From the NCBI GenBank assembly GCA_003599275.1, contig QZJG01000004.1, positions 87 to 64,086 of the forward strand: 64,000 bases of DNA, written 5' to 3'. Both the position numbers and the translations under genes were made by a program. The notes below the pieces were generated by a model. It searched no databases. It saw only the letters and a list, made by a program, of their open reading frames with translations, and was not told the DNA's origin. Source of the stretch: Nitrospiraceae bacterium (GTDB lineage: Bacteria > Nitrospirota > Thermodesulfovibrionia > UBA6902). The first letter of the stretch is position 1. Every line of letters starts with the position of its first letter. Positions 45,929-55,286 of the stretch are shown here, one piece after another.

Positions 45929-46261
45929 TCAGTCAGCACACTTGAGCGTTATTACTTTCAAAGAGTCGATCACATCCGGCTGCTCTGGGGATGTCATCTC
46001 CGTCAATACCACTTTGGCGCCCTTTTGGCACAGACCTTCATCAGCAATGAATCGTACTACAGCATCATTCCCCATGCCGGCTTCATATTCCAGCAATATA
46101 GGTAAAACACCATATGACAGCGCCAGAAAGTTTCGGGCTTTTGCATCACTGCAAAGAGCGAGTATCCAGCAATCCATGGGCCGCGCTACATTCATGCCGT
46201 TTCTCAAGAGCTCCTCAAGGACTGCTTCCGATCGGGATGCCGGGTCCGATGGTGCATACAA
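45929..46261 (-). CDS. Pyruvate kinase C-terminal (alpha/beta) domain-like protein, possibly a remnant
   Basis: 110 aa with a TTG start. ...CWILALCSDAKARNFLALSYGVLPILLE... resembles the PK C-domain (xIVxLTxSGxTAR...WGVxPxL) but is shorter and degenerate. There are no PK barrel domains upstream. Confidence 0.45.
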   Translation of the reverse strand: MYAPSDPASRSEAVLEELLRNGMNVARPMDCWILALCSDAKARNFLALSYGVLPILLEYEAGMGNDAVVRFIADEGLCQKGAKVVLTEMTSPEQPDVIDSLKVITLKCAD

Positions 46262-46525
46262 TCTTTGTTTTATGGTCAGACAGTTTTATCACTTTTCATC
46301 TTCTCTCTTTGTAATCTCTTAATATAACTTCACACGCTTCCTCTGCTGTTTCGACATATTTGAATAAATCAAGGTCTGAGGCGTCGGTATATATAATTCA
46401 GATGCCTGAGCATCTTCTGATGCCGAAGGGTATATCTCTTTTTTTCCATCCATAACTTACTCTCCTCTTTATCAGATTCGTTTATATCGATCATCCGTCT
46501 CAGTTCAAACTTTGATTGAAAGCAC

Positions 46526-49000
46526 TTAAAATACCACTCCTTCAGGACCGGCCTTCCCGCTCAATACAGAGAGTTCATCTATGGTAAGCAACTCCTCTTT
46601 GTTCATACCCAGTACCCTGGCAGTCTCCTGAAGGATATGGCTCCAGTTGCATTTATTGATAAAGAGCATCCCCGGAACATTCAATGTGCCTCCATGATTT
46701 ATAAAACCGAGCGCAGAAGTCTGATAAGAACCTGTATTAAGCGGCTGCAAGACACCTAACAACGTCTCCGGTCTTGTATGGGTAACAAAGACCCTGGCTG
46801 GCACAGAATCGGGATATAATTTATCTTTAAGATGAGTCGGTATTGTGTGGGCATTTTCCCGTTCACTTCGTGGAGACCTGAATCTCCCGGGTTCAAGCAT
46901 ATATATAACGGAGTGAGGAACATCCCTGTCTCTTAACTTTTCTGATGCCTTCAATACCTCTTCCAGCTGGTAAGCCCCGATAGCAGTAAGGATTATCTTC
47001 TGCCGCCCAGGATCATGGCAAGTCCAGTCCAGCCTTATCGCGCCCTCCTCAAAGAGAAGAGAAGCCTCTTCAAGTGTGAACAGATCAGCGATCACATCCG
47101 TCTTTGAAACTACCAGTGTCCATATCTGACCATGAGTCCGGTAGATATTATGCATGACTGAAGCAGCGGTGTTGTAATCAGGCACAAAAAGGACGCGGGA
47201 TACATCGGAAGGTTCACCTAACATCGCCTCAGCCATAGACGGATCCTGATGGGACCTTTCATTTTTTGCGTTTTCCCATGTATGAGAGGTAAGTATCAGA
47301 GGGATGGAAAGCCATCCCTGTCTGCGGCCGACCTCATTGCAGTGATCAGTAAAAATGACCTCCTGCCGAATGACGCCGTGCATCTTGGCCCCGAAGGCCT
47401 CGTATGTATGAATGAGGTTGATGCCTCCCTTATTGGCAAGTGCGACCGAGGCGACCGCTTCTTCATTGAGGGCTGTGATGACTGCCCCATGGATATCCTC
47501 CGGAATGCCTGGCTCAGGATCTGTCACGCGGAATTTTAAATATTCCAGTGTCTGGTTCAACCTGTTGGAGCGCATTTCGTCCGGATTCCCCACCCTCGGT
47601 CGAAGATGCGGATTCGCTTTGACTATGTTAAGGAACATCGTATCTACAGCATGCATGGGGGATGTCCTGCTCCAAGCAGATATGTCCTGCCGATTCTCAG
47701 ACACATGCCGCAGCACAGGAGGCGGGACATGGTTTAATTTCACATCACGGTGCGCCAATGGATGATCGCGCTCTCTTTGACGGTTGGACGCCTTATGGAA
47801 CTGAAACTTATTGATACTCTCATTCAGCTCTGTCAGCGGCAACCATAATCGTCTGGCGCTCTCATTGAACCGCTCTACTGATGCAGGGTCGGTATGGGGA
47901 TTTGACATGAGAGGGAGATTGTGGGCAAGGTTTGTTCCCTCGCCATAGAAGCCTGCGCCTTTTGGCGCCACTGCTATACCATAAGGCAGAGGCACAGGAT
48001 ATTGAATAGCGCCCTGACGGACCGCCTCCGCTGCAGCCTCCAGACGGCATTCCATTTCAAATATTGCCCATACAAAGGCAGCAGGGTCTCTTCCATCAAA
48101 AACAATAGGGTCAAAACCGTTAATCCTTAGATGTTCAACAAACCAGTCCGCTCCGCCCTGCTGGGACATTGTAGTTCGCTGGTCAATGCGACGGCCATTC
48201 TTAATCATAATAGGTGTTACAATCCCGGTATCCTTAGCCCGCCACCATCTTGGCACCCAGTCGCTTCCTCTTTGCTCCTCAAAAGCGCCGTCGCTCAGAA
48301 AGGCAACCAGCCGTTCACCGGGCAGAGGCATATGCACATATTGAAGTTCTGTAAACCCGAGGTATCCGCCCTCGGCGATCCCCCCTGCAGTATAGACATT
48401 CACATGACTACCCAGAGGGGAATCCTGTTTACCATCTGACCGCAGCTTGTAAGAGTAAAAGTCTCTTACATAACGAGTAAGCCCCTCATCTGTAAGGGAG
48501 TATCTTTCAGCGTGTGCAGGTGTCATGTTGTTAAGCAAAAGATTTACTGTGTCTATTGCAGCCACACAGTGCCCCTGCCCCATAATCCATGAGCGTGTAA
48601 TCCCTGTGATGGCATTAATGACCATGTATCCTGCGTAGGCAGGCACCATGTTAAGGGCGCCTCCTGTATGCCCATCTGGATAAGACTTGAAGTCCTCTGG
48701 AAGAAGATCACGTCCGTCAAGGTAGACATTTCTTGCATAGGTCTCGTGAACCACAAGCCACATGGCAGCGCTTACCACCCGATCAACTGCATGTAACAAA
48801 TCAAAGAACGAGACCCCGTCTCCATGGATGCTGCGAGAGGCTAAAAGTTCTGCCATAGAAAAGACCCTTGCCTGTGTCTCCACGCTGTGATTGATTACAC
48901 CAAATCCCTCCGCCCACCGGTCAGCCTCCGGATTTTTCTTGCGATAGAGATCTGCCCATTCTTCTTTTCTGATATTTTCGATAGCGTTACTGTCAAACAT
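46526..49000 (-). CDS. Phosphoketolase (XFP) family protein, divergent
   Basis: 824 aa, colinear with XFP. Matching motifs are EGGYLGF (vs EGGELGY), SDGAFEE (vs GDGEAET), GQGHC (vs GPGHG) and SHTWENAKNERSHQDP (vs SHVWRQDHNGFSHQDP). Confidence 0.78.
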   Translation of the reverse strand: MFDSNAIENIRKEEWADLYRKKNPEADRWAEGFGVINHSVETQARVFSMAELLASRSIHGDGVSFFDLLHAVDRVVSAAMWLVVHETYARNVYLDGRDLLPEDFKSYPDGHTGGALNMVPAYAGYMVINAITGITRSWIMGQGHCVAAIDTVNLLLNNMTPAHAERYSLTDEGLTRYVRDFYSYKLRSDGKQDSPLGSHVNVYTAGGIAEGGYLGFTELQYVHMPLPGERLVAFLSDGAFEEQRGSDWVPRWWRAKDTGIVTPIMIKNGRRIDQRTTMSQQGGADWFVEHLRINGFDPIVFDGRDPAAFVWAIFEMECRLEAAAEAVRQGAIQYPVPLPYGIAVAPKGAGFYGEGTNLAHNLPLMSNPHTDPASVERFNESARRLWLPLTELNESINKFQFHKASNRQRERDHPLAHRDVKLNHVPPPVLRHVSENRQDISAWSRTSPMHAVDTMFLNIVKANPHLRPRVGNPDEMRSNRLNQTLEYLKFRVTDPEPGIPEDIHGAVITALNEEAVASVALANKGGINLIHTYEAFGAKMHGVIRQEVIFTDHCNEVGRRQGWLSIPLILTSHTWENAKNERSHQDPSMAEAMLGEPSDVSRVLFVPDYNTAASVMHNIYRTHGQIWTLVVSKTDVIADLFTLEEASLLFEEGAIRLDWTCHDPGRQKIILTAIGAYQLEEVLKASEKLRDRDVPHSVIYMLEPGRFRSPRSERENAHTIPTHLKDKLYPDSVPARVFVTHTRPETLLGVLQPLNTGSYQTSALGFINHGGTLNVPGMLFINKCNWSHILQETARVLGMNKEELLTIDELSVLSGKAGPEGVVF

Positions 49001-49078
49001 CTCAACCTCCTTGTGATGTGGTTCTCAATGATGATCAGTTTTATTCAAGAGAGAAACTAAAAATATTGTGAATTACTT

Positions 49079-50092
49079 TTATAACTTATGTCCCGCAGAT
49101 CTCACAGGCAATCCTATCAATACTTCCGTACCCTTTCCTGTCTGACTCTTTATAATAATCCTGCCTTGATGTCCATCAATAATCTTCTTCGCTATCGCCA
49201 TTCCGAGGCCCGTGCCGCTGCTCTTCTTTGAGTAAAAAGGAAAGAAGATGTTTTCGACAGTTTCGCTGTCCATTCCTGAACCATAATCCTTTACCGTAAT
49301 AGCAACAAGTCTTTTCCTGGCCACCAGCGCAATCCTTACATGCTGTCCTTTGCCGGAGGCTTCGATAGCGTTATTGATAGGGTTGATAAGCGCCCTTTGC
49401 ATATTGAAGCTGTCTGTTGCTACAGTTATTGGGAGATCAGGGATGTCAACTGACAAGTTTACCCCTTTCTCTTCTGCCTTTGCCATACAAGATCCAGATG
49501 CCTGTCTGATAACGTTTCTCAAGTCTTCATCTTTTAATTCCTGCTGAACAGGCTTTGAAAAATCCAGTACGTTATAGACTACCTTTTGCATATTTTGTGC
49601 TGATTCAGTTATCGCCTCTGCGGCGGTATCGATGTTTCCTTTTCCCTCCCGGATTCTTCGTGCGAATCCTAAAATGGTGATCAAGGGGTTTTTTAAATCA
49701 TGCACAATAGTCGCGGCAACATGGCCGAGATTTGCAAGATAGCGGTTCCTTTCCAATTCCTTCTGCTGCCGCTTCACACGTTCTACAAATAGACCGGCAA
49801 GGAACGCAAATAAAGCCGAGAATAATAAGTGAAGCGCCCTGTCAACCAAATCCAGATACGTCAATGACCATGTACCGAAAAAGAACGGCATATATAGCAG
49901 CGACGCAAACAGGTAAGTTAAAAGGGCGCCCTTCAGACCGAAACGAAGCGCGCCCCAAAAAATAGGTATGTAGTACAGTTCTTCAAGGACGACGCGGGGA
50001 GAAAGTTGCTGCAAAATCAGGACATGCGCCAATGTGAGCAGTGTCAGAAACGCTCCGAGGGCAATTATATGGTTGTTCTTTTTGAAAATCAT
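49079..50092 (-). CDS. Sensor histidine kinase (membrane-anchored, HisKA + HATPase_c)
   Basis: 3-4 N-terminal TM segments, H-box LGHVAATIVHDLKNPL, N-box NPINNAIEA and G-boxes DYGSGM / GTGLGMAIAKKI. No response regulator is adjacent. Confidence 0.87.
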   Translation of the reverse strand: MIFKKNNHIIALGAFLTLLTLAHVLILQQLSPRVVLEELYYIPIFWGALRFGLKGALLTYLFASLLYMPFFFGTWSLTYLDLVDRALHLLFSALFAFLAGLFVERVKRQQKELERNRYLANLGHVAATIVHDLKNPLITILGFARRIREGKGNIDTAAEAITESAQNMQKVVYNVLDFSKPVQQELKDEDLRNVIRQASGSCMAKAEEKGVNLSVDIPDLPITVATDSFNMQRALINPINNAIEASGKGQHVRIALVARKRLVAITVKDYGSGMDSETVENIFFPFYSKKSSGTGLGMAIAKKIIDGHQGRIIIKSQTGKGTEVLIGLPVRSAGHKL

Positions 50093-50107
50093 TGCGTTAT
50101 TCAGACC

Positions 50108-50365
50108 TTATTCATTCTCTTTTGCATTCCGCTTATGTTTTATAAGAAAGTATCCAATCGACAAGGCAAATATAATGCTTCCTATGCCTATCAAAGTAAT
50201 GCCCGACACCTCCTTTACGTCGAGGATTATAACCTTGCGGGCTATGGCGATAATCGCAACTGAAATTACAATCTCGGCGTGATTCACACCTTCCGTGAGG
50301 AAGGGGTCTCCAAAGGTGAGAGACGAAATCAGAATCTTTTTGAATTTCCTGAGATATTCAAACAT
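50108..50365 (-). CDS. Short PsiE-family-like membrane protein
   Basis: 85 aa. EIVISVAIIAIARKVIILD...LIGIGSIIFALSIGYFLI resembles the C-terminal half of phosphate-starvation-inducible PsiE. Its start overlaps the ATPase stop by 8 nt. Confidence 0.5.
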   Translation of the reverse strand: MFEYLRKFKKILISSLTFGDPFLTEGVNHAEIVISVAIIAIARKVIILDVKEVSGITLIGIGSIIFALSIGYFLIKHKRNAKENE

Positions 50366-53027
50366 GTGTACTCACCAGCTTTCTTCTTCTCACCCATTTA
50401 TCAATCTCCACGGCTAACACAACCGTAGCAGAAACCATCAGTATCCGCAACCACTCACCCATAGTTATTGGCTCTGTCCTGAATACCCACTGGAGCGCAG
50501 GCACATAGATCACGGAAAGCTGGGCAAGAAACGCGGCAATCAAACTGAAAAACAGGAAGGGATTGCTTAAAAGCTTTATGCGGAATATGGAATGAAGTTC
50601 GGAGCGGCTGTTCCATGCCTGGAAGAACTGGAAAAAGACCATTGTTGTCACAGCCACTGTCCGGGCCTTCTCAAGGGAAACGCCTTCAGCTAAGGCAGTC
50701 ATGAAATTATACACAACTCCAGCGGCAATCAAGACACCGACGAGTATTGTCCTCTCTATGAGGAGTCTTGACATGATGCCTTCTTTAGGGTCTCTGGGCG
50801 GCCTTTCAATTATTCCTTTTTCCCCGGGTTCAAAGGCAAGGGCGACGTCCTGCAGCCCGTTTGTGACAAGGTTAATCCAGAGGAGTTGTGCTGGCACATA
50901 CGGTATCGGAACACCCATGGCAACGGTGCCCAGTATGGACAGGATGGCGGCGACGCCCGTGGGAATGAGGAAGAAGGTGACCTTGCGGATATTGTCAAAC
51001 ACGATCCTGCCTTCTTTCACTGCATTAAAAATACTTGCAAAGTTATCATCCGTCAAGACCATATCAGACGCCTCCTTTGCCACATCCGTGCCGCTCCTGC
51101 CCATAGCGACTCCTATATGGGCCGTCTTGAGCGCGGGCGCATCATTGACCCCGTCACCGGTGATAGCAACTATTTCACCATGGTTTTTCAACTGCTGTGT
51201 TATCCGCAATTTGTGCTGCGGAGATACCCTCGCATAAACAGATACAGACTGGACTTTTTCAAAAAGCGCAGAATCATCCATGTCTTCTATCTCTTTGCCT
51301 TCAAGGACTTTTCCCTTCTCGTCCAAGCCCAGTTTCCTGGCAATGGCACTTGCTGTAACAGCATGGTCCCCTGTTATCATCACAACCCTTATTCCCGCTC
51401 TCTTGCACCCCATGATCGCCTCGATAGCTTCTGGCCTGGGAGGATCAATCATGCCCTGAAGACCGGCAAAAACCAACCCTGATTCCGCATCCTGATGTGC
51501 AAGTTCTTCCATATCATGAGGCGCCTCCTTATATGCAAAAGCAAGGACACGCAGTCCTTCTTTGGCAAAATCCGTTGCAACGTGCAAAATATCCTTTTTC
51601 CCCGGTTCCTTGTCATCAACGGACTCAACGCACATATCTATAATTCTTTCAGGAGCGCCCTTGACGAATATCAACTTCTTTCCCTGATGCTTATGAAGCG
51701 TTGCCATGAAACCCCGGTCAGACTCAAAGGGGACAATCGCTATTTGCTGATATTTCTCCTTTTCCGCTTCAGTCTCTAATCCAGCCTTTATTGCTGAAAC
51801 AATAAGAGCGCCCTCCGTCGGGTCGCCGTCAACCTTGTACCGACCCTCTTCTTCGTAGACATATGACTCATTGCATAAAAGCCCTATGCGCAAAACGTGC
51901 ATCATCTGCTTCCTGTCGTGCGCTTCCACAGAGATGCCTTCATGAAGAATCTCACCTTCCGGCAGATACCCGCTTCCCATGACCTCATAGGTATGTGTGC
52001 CGTCGTAAATCAGTTTTACCGTCATCTCATTCTTCGTGAGGGTCCCCGTCTTATCAGAGCCGATGACCGTGGTGCTTCCCAGTGTCTCCACAGCAGGGAG
52101 TTTTCTTACAATGGCATTCAGCTTAGCCATCCTCGCCACTCCAACGGCCATTGCTATGGTTACGACTATGGGGAGCCCCTCCGGTATTGTGGCAACGGCG
52201 GCAGCCACTGCCGTCATGAACATATCCTTGGCGCTTTCGCCGATCAGCAATCCGACGACAAACAGCACTGTTGATGCGCCAAGAACTATAAGGCCTATGG
52301 CCTTCGCAAAACCGTCTATCTTTTCCTGAAGGGGGGCCCTGACAATGCCCACTTCCCTGACCTCTCTGGCAATGTTTCCCAGTACCGTAGTCCCCCCGGT
52401 CTCTACCACAAGGCCCTTCGCCCTTCCGTTGACCACGACTGTCCCCATGAACGCAATATTCCTCTGGTCGCCGGGGGTCAGGTTTTCTTCTTTTATAGTC
52501 CCTGTGGTTTTCTCGGCAGGGACAGACTCGCCGGTAAGCATTGCCTCCTCGATCTTAAGCTCGATGGTGTGTATCAGCCGGAGGTCGGCAGGGACCATGC
52601 CTCCGGATGTAAGCAGTACAATATCGCCGGGCACAAGCTCTTCGCTGTTTATCTCCCTTTCCTTCCCCCCCCGAAGGACCTTCGCCTTCGGCACCAGCAT
52701 CTTCTTCAGCGCCCGGACGCTTTCTTCAGCTTTGAACTCCTGTATATAGCCGATAATCGCATTGAGGACCACCACGGCAAAAATGACGCCGGAGTCTATG
52801 TATTCCTCAAGCAGTATGGTCACGACTCCGGCTATCAGAAGGATATAGATAAGCGGGCTTGTGAACTGATGGAGGAGTATTTTAAACCTGCTTATCTTTT
52901 CTTCTTCAGCAAGCTTGTTCGATCCGTATTGAACAATGCGCTCTTTCGCCTCCGCGTCAGTCAAGCCGTTCTCTGAAGAGCCTAACTTATGCAATACTTC
53001 TTTGACATTAAGCTGATACCAGTCCAC
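50358..53027 (-). CDS. Cation-transporting P-type ATPase (type II, Ca2+-ATPase-like)
   Basis: TGES actuator motif (MLTGESVP), DKTGTLT phosphorylation site, MITGDH, TGDGVNDAPALK, and a Cation_ATPase_N-type N-terminus (GLTDAEAKERIVQYGSNKL). Confidence 0.93.
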   Translation of the reverse strand: MDWYQLNVKEVLHKLGSSENGLTDAEAKERIVQYGSNKLAEEEKISRFKILLHQFTSPLIYILLIAGVVTILLEEYIDSGVIFAVVVLNAIIGYIQEFKAEESVRALKKMLVPKAKVLRGGKEREINSEELVPGDIVLLTSGGMVPADLRLIHTIELKIEEAMLTGESVPAEKTTGTIKEENLTPGDQRNIAFMGTVVVNGRAKGLVVETGGTTVLGNIAREVREVGIVRAPLQEKIDGFAKAIGLIVLGASTVLFVVGLLIGESAKDMFMTAVAAAVATIPEGLPIVVTIAMAVGVARMAKLNAIVRKLPAVETLGSTTVIGSDKTGTLTKNEMTVKLIYDGTHTYEVMGSGYLPEGEILHEGISVEAHDRKQMMHVLRIGLLCNESYVYEEEGRYKVDGDPTEGALIVSAIKAGLETEAEKEKYQQIAIVPFESDRGFMATLHKHQGKKLIFVKGAPERIIDMCVESVDDKEPGKKDILHVATDFAKEGLRVLAFAYKEAPHDMEELAHQDAESGLVFAGLQGMIDPPRPEAIEAIMGCKRAGIRVVMITGDHAVTASAIARKLGLDEKGKVLEGKEIEDMDDSALFEKVQSVSVYARVSPQHKLRITQQLKNHGEIVAITGDGVNDAPALKTAHIGVAMGRSGTDVAKEASDMVLTDDNFASIFNAVKEGRIVFDNIRKVTFFLIPTGVAAILSILGTVAMGVPIPYVPAQLLWINLVTNGLQDVALAFEPGEKGIIERPPRDPKEGIMSRLLIERTILVGVLIAAGVVYNFMTALAEGVSLEKARTVAVTTMVFFQFFQAWNSRSELHSIFRIKLLSNPFLFFSLIAAFLAQLSVIYVPALQWVFRTEPITMGEWLRILMVSATVVLAVEIDKWVRRRKLVSTHV

Positions 53028-53133
53028 GTTTTACCTCGGGCAATCAATTTATCAGTATGACCTCTTGAAAGTGCTATAAAGATTATTTCACAGATGCCGT
53101 TACTAAGAACTACATTATGAAAGCCACGTTGGT

Positions 53134-53231
53134 TGTCATTCCCGCCCCCGACTACTACATTCGAGGGCAAGCTCCGGCGGGAATCCAGAAACATCGAGGA
53201 AGCACTGGATTCCGGGTCAAGCCCGGAATGA
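53134..53231. repeat. Compound palindromic repeat element (GGAATCCAG/CTGGATTCC family), copy B, with an expanded first arm
   Basis: GTCATTCCCGCC...(30-nt insert)...GGCGGGAATCCAG aaacatcgaggaagca CTGGATTCCGGGtcaagCCCGGAATGA. The architecture matches 36528-36588. Confidence 0.65.
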
Positions 53232-53357
53232 TGCTATGAGGCTTTATTAACGTATGTCTTAGTAATTGCTTCTTTGGTAGTAATAATTTTATCAGAGTGG
53301 TCCTCATAGTCAAGAATAAAAATACTCTGTTGGAATTGTACTTCCGCTTACAACTAT

Positions 53358-53496
53358 CAGGTTGCTGAAAAAGTATTTTGCTGTCATTGCGAACAAAGTG
53401 AAGCAATCCGCTTCTATATTAATCAATATGTTTGAGATTGCTTCGTTACTAACGTTTCTCGCAATGACACTGAAAACCGACTTTTTCAGCAACCTG
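53358..53496. repeat. ~139-bp long imperfect palindrome (second repeat family: GAAGCAATC / CGCAATGAC motifs)
   Basis: CAGGTTGCTGAAAAAGT...CTGTCATTGCGA...GAAGCAATC // GAGATTGCTTC...TCTCGCAATGACAC...ACTTTTTCAGCAACCTG. Three nested arm pairs. Confidence 0.6.
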
Positions 53497-53558
53497 CTAA
53501 ATTTCTGTCGTTTTGTGTTAAATTTTAGAGAAACTTTCAGGCAGAGAGGCCAAATATT

Positions 53559-53708
53559 ATGACAGGATTTATCGAATCGCTGAACATTTCTGAGTCACCC
53601 CCCAACTCAATTATCGCAAGCACGAAGATAATAAATGAGAGCACGCCGGTGCCGAATTTCAGGGTGAGGATACCCGTGTCTGTCGCCTATGGCAGCGACA
53701 TAGACAAG
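53559..53708 (+). pseudogene. Internal fragment (~50 codons) of an MscS-family mechanosensitive channel gene
   Basis: PPNSIIASTKIINESTPVPNFRVRIPVSVAYGSDIDK parallels E. coli MscS [36 protein letters not shown]. No TM domains lie upstream. Similarity ends at ~53708, and the open frame then runs antisense into the ClC gene. Confidence 0.6.
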
Positions 53709-53734
53709 CGCAGCAAAAAAAAGCGCGTCGGCCC

Positions 53735-55099
53735 TCACCGCTGCTCCTTGTCCTTTTTCATTTTCTCCAACCCTTTTAAAATGCCTCCGGTTACGCTCTT
53801 GTCCCTGATCTCGACTTCAACGTCTTCTATATCTCTCATCTCCTTCCCTTTTTTCGCCCCGGTAAACGAAGATGATTTGATAATAGCAAGCACCTGGCTC
53901 GGATATACGCTCCTGTGCCCGGTCATGAGAAAACTGATAACACACGCCACCGCCGCGTAAGGGCCTACCTGCGGGCCGAAAAGCTCCACAGCCATTATGC
54001 TTGCGGATATCGGCGTATTCGCCGCGCCTGCAAGGAGGCTCACCATCCCTATTGCCGCAAATATGTCCCTGCTTAAACCGAAGACGCTCGCGAATGCATT
54101 GCCGGACGCCGCTCCGACAAAAAATATCGGCGTCACTATGCCTCCGCTGCCTCCGAAACCGAGAGTTACGGATGTGGACAACATCTTTAGAAGAAATGCC
54201 GCCATGGGGACATCCCCTCCTTCAAGCGCTGTTTTGATAGTGTCAAGTCCCAGTCCAAGGTAACGTGTTGAGAAAACAAACGCAAGGATTATTAAAACAG
54301 TCCCTCCGAGGACCGCCTTATACAAATCGCTCCAGTTTATCTTTTTATTCAACCAGCCAAAGAAGCGCAGCATTTCCACAAAAATAAGGGAGCACAATCC
54401 GAAGAATATGCCGCTCAGACACACCCTTATGAAATATACGCTTGAGAAGTCCGGAATAAAATTCAGGGGTCCGTGGAAATAACTCACTCCGAGCGCCGAC
54501 GACACCTGATGGCCGACAATGCCCGCTACAAAGGAAGGCAGGAGCACTTCATACATGAGGCCTCCGACAAATAAGACCTCAACGCCGAATATCGCGCCCG
54601 CTATGGGTGTCCCGAAAACAGTTGAGAAGCCCGCACTGATGCCGCATATGACGAGTTTTTTTCGGTCATTGTCGTCGAACCTGAAAATATCAGCGAGCAT
54701 GGACGAAAGCCCTGCTCCTATCTGGGCGCAGGGGCCTTCTTTCCCTGCCGAGCCGCCTGAGGCAATCGTTATGACCGTTGCGACAAGCTTCACCGGGACC
54801 ACAAGGATATTTATTTTGCCGGAGCGTTTATGGACCGCCTCGATGACCTTTTCCGTGCCGTGACCTTTCGCGTCAGGAGCAAGATATTTGATAATGAGGG
54901 TACTCAGCAGAAACGAGACCGGGAGCAGGAGAAAATAATATTTGTAGCCCGAGGCTATCCCGATTGCCCCCTCAAGGGCTTTGAGAAATACAGTTGTTGA
55001 AAGACCTACGATGACGCCGACACAGGATGCAAGAAAAAGCCATTTCACAACGCTGATAAACAGCACTGAGCTTTCGAGCAGTTTTTTTCTCACAATCAC
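53735..55099 (-). CDS. Voltage-gated chloride channel (ClC) family protein
   Basis: GSAGKEGP, GTPIAGAIFGVE and GGSGGIVTPIFFVG are ClC selectivity-filter motifs. ~10-12 TM segments. Confidence 0.9.
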   Translation of the reverse strand: MIVRKKLLESSVLFISVVKWLFLASCVGVIVGLSTTVFLKALEGAIGIASGYKYYFLLLPVSFLLSTLIIKYLAPDAKGHGTEKVIEAVHKRSGKINILVVPVKLVATVITIASGGSAGKEGPCAQIGAGLSSMLADIFRFDDNDRKKLVICGISAGFSTVFGTPIAGAIFGVEVLFVGGLMYEVLLPSFVAGIVGHQVSSALGVSYFHGPLNFIPDFSSVYFIRVCLSGIFFGLCSLIFVEMLRFFGWLNKKINWSDLYKAVLGGTVLIILAFVFSTRYLGLGLDTIKTALEGGDVPMAAFLLKMLSTSVTLGFGGSGGIVTPIFFVGAASGNAFASVFGLSRDIFAAIGMVSLLAGAANTPISASIMAVELFGPQVGPYAAVACVISFLMTGHRSVYPSQVLAIIKSSSFTGAKKGKEMRDIEDVEVEIRDKSVTGGILKGLEKMKKDKEQR

Positions 55100-55286
55100 A
55101 GTTCCATGACGCTCTTTCCCTTATTTTCAATCGAATACCATACGGACAATCCCGGCAGCCTCGTACGGAAGTTATTCCTGATGTCCGGTGCGCGAAGTAA
55201 TTGGTGTATTAAGGAACATGCCCTTCGGAAAATGCCGGTATCGTTAAGCACGTCACCTGGATCAATGGGCACTCTTAATTCATCGA

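Noticed and set aside
50701-51482. Two overlapping plus-strand ORFs (178 and 198 aa) inside the P-type ATPase gene
   Set aside because: They are antisense to the frame containing DKTGTLT and TGDGVNDAPALK, and they have no independent support.
53709-53960. Continuation of ORF 53559-53960 as an intact 133-aa gene
   Set aside because: Only the first ~50 codons resemble MscS. The remainder is antisense to the ClC gene 3' end. I treat it as a gene fragment, not a functional CDS.
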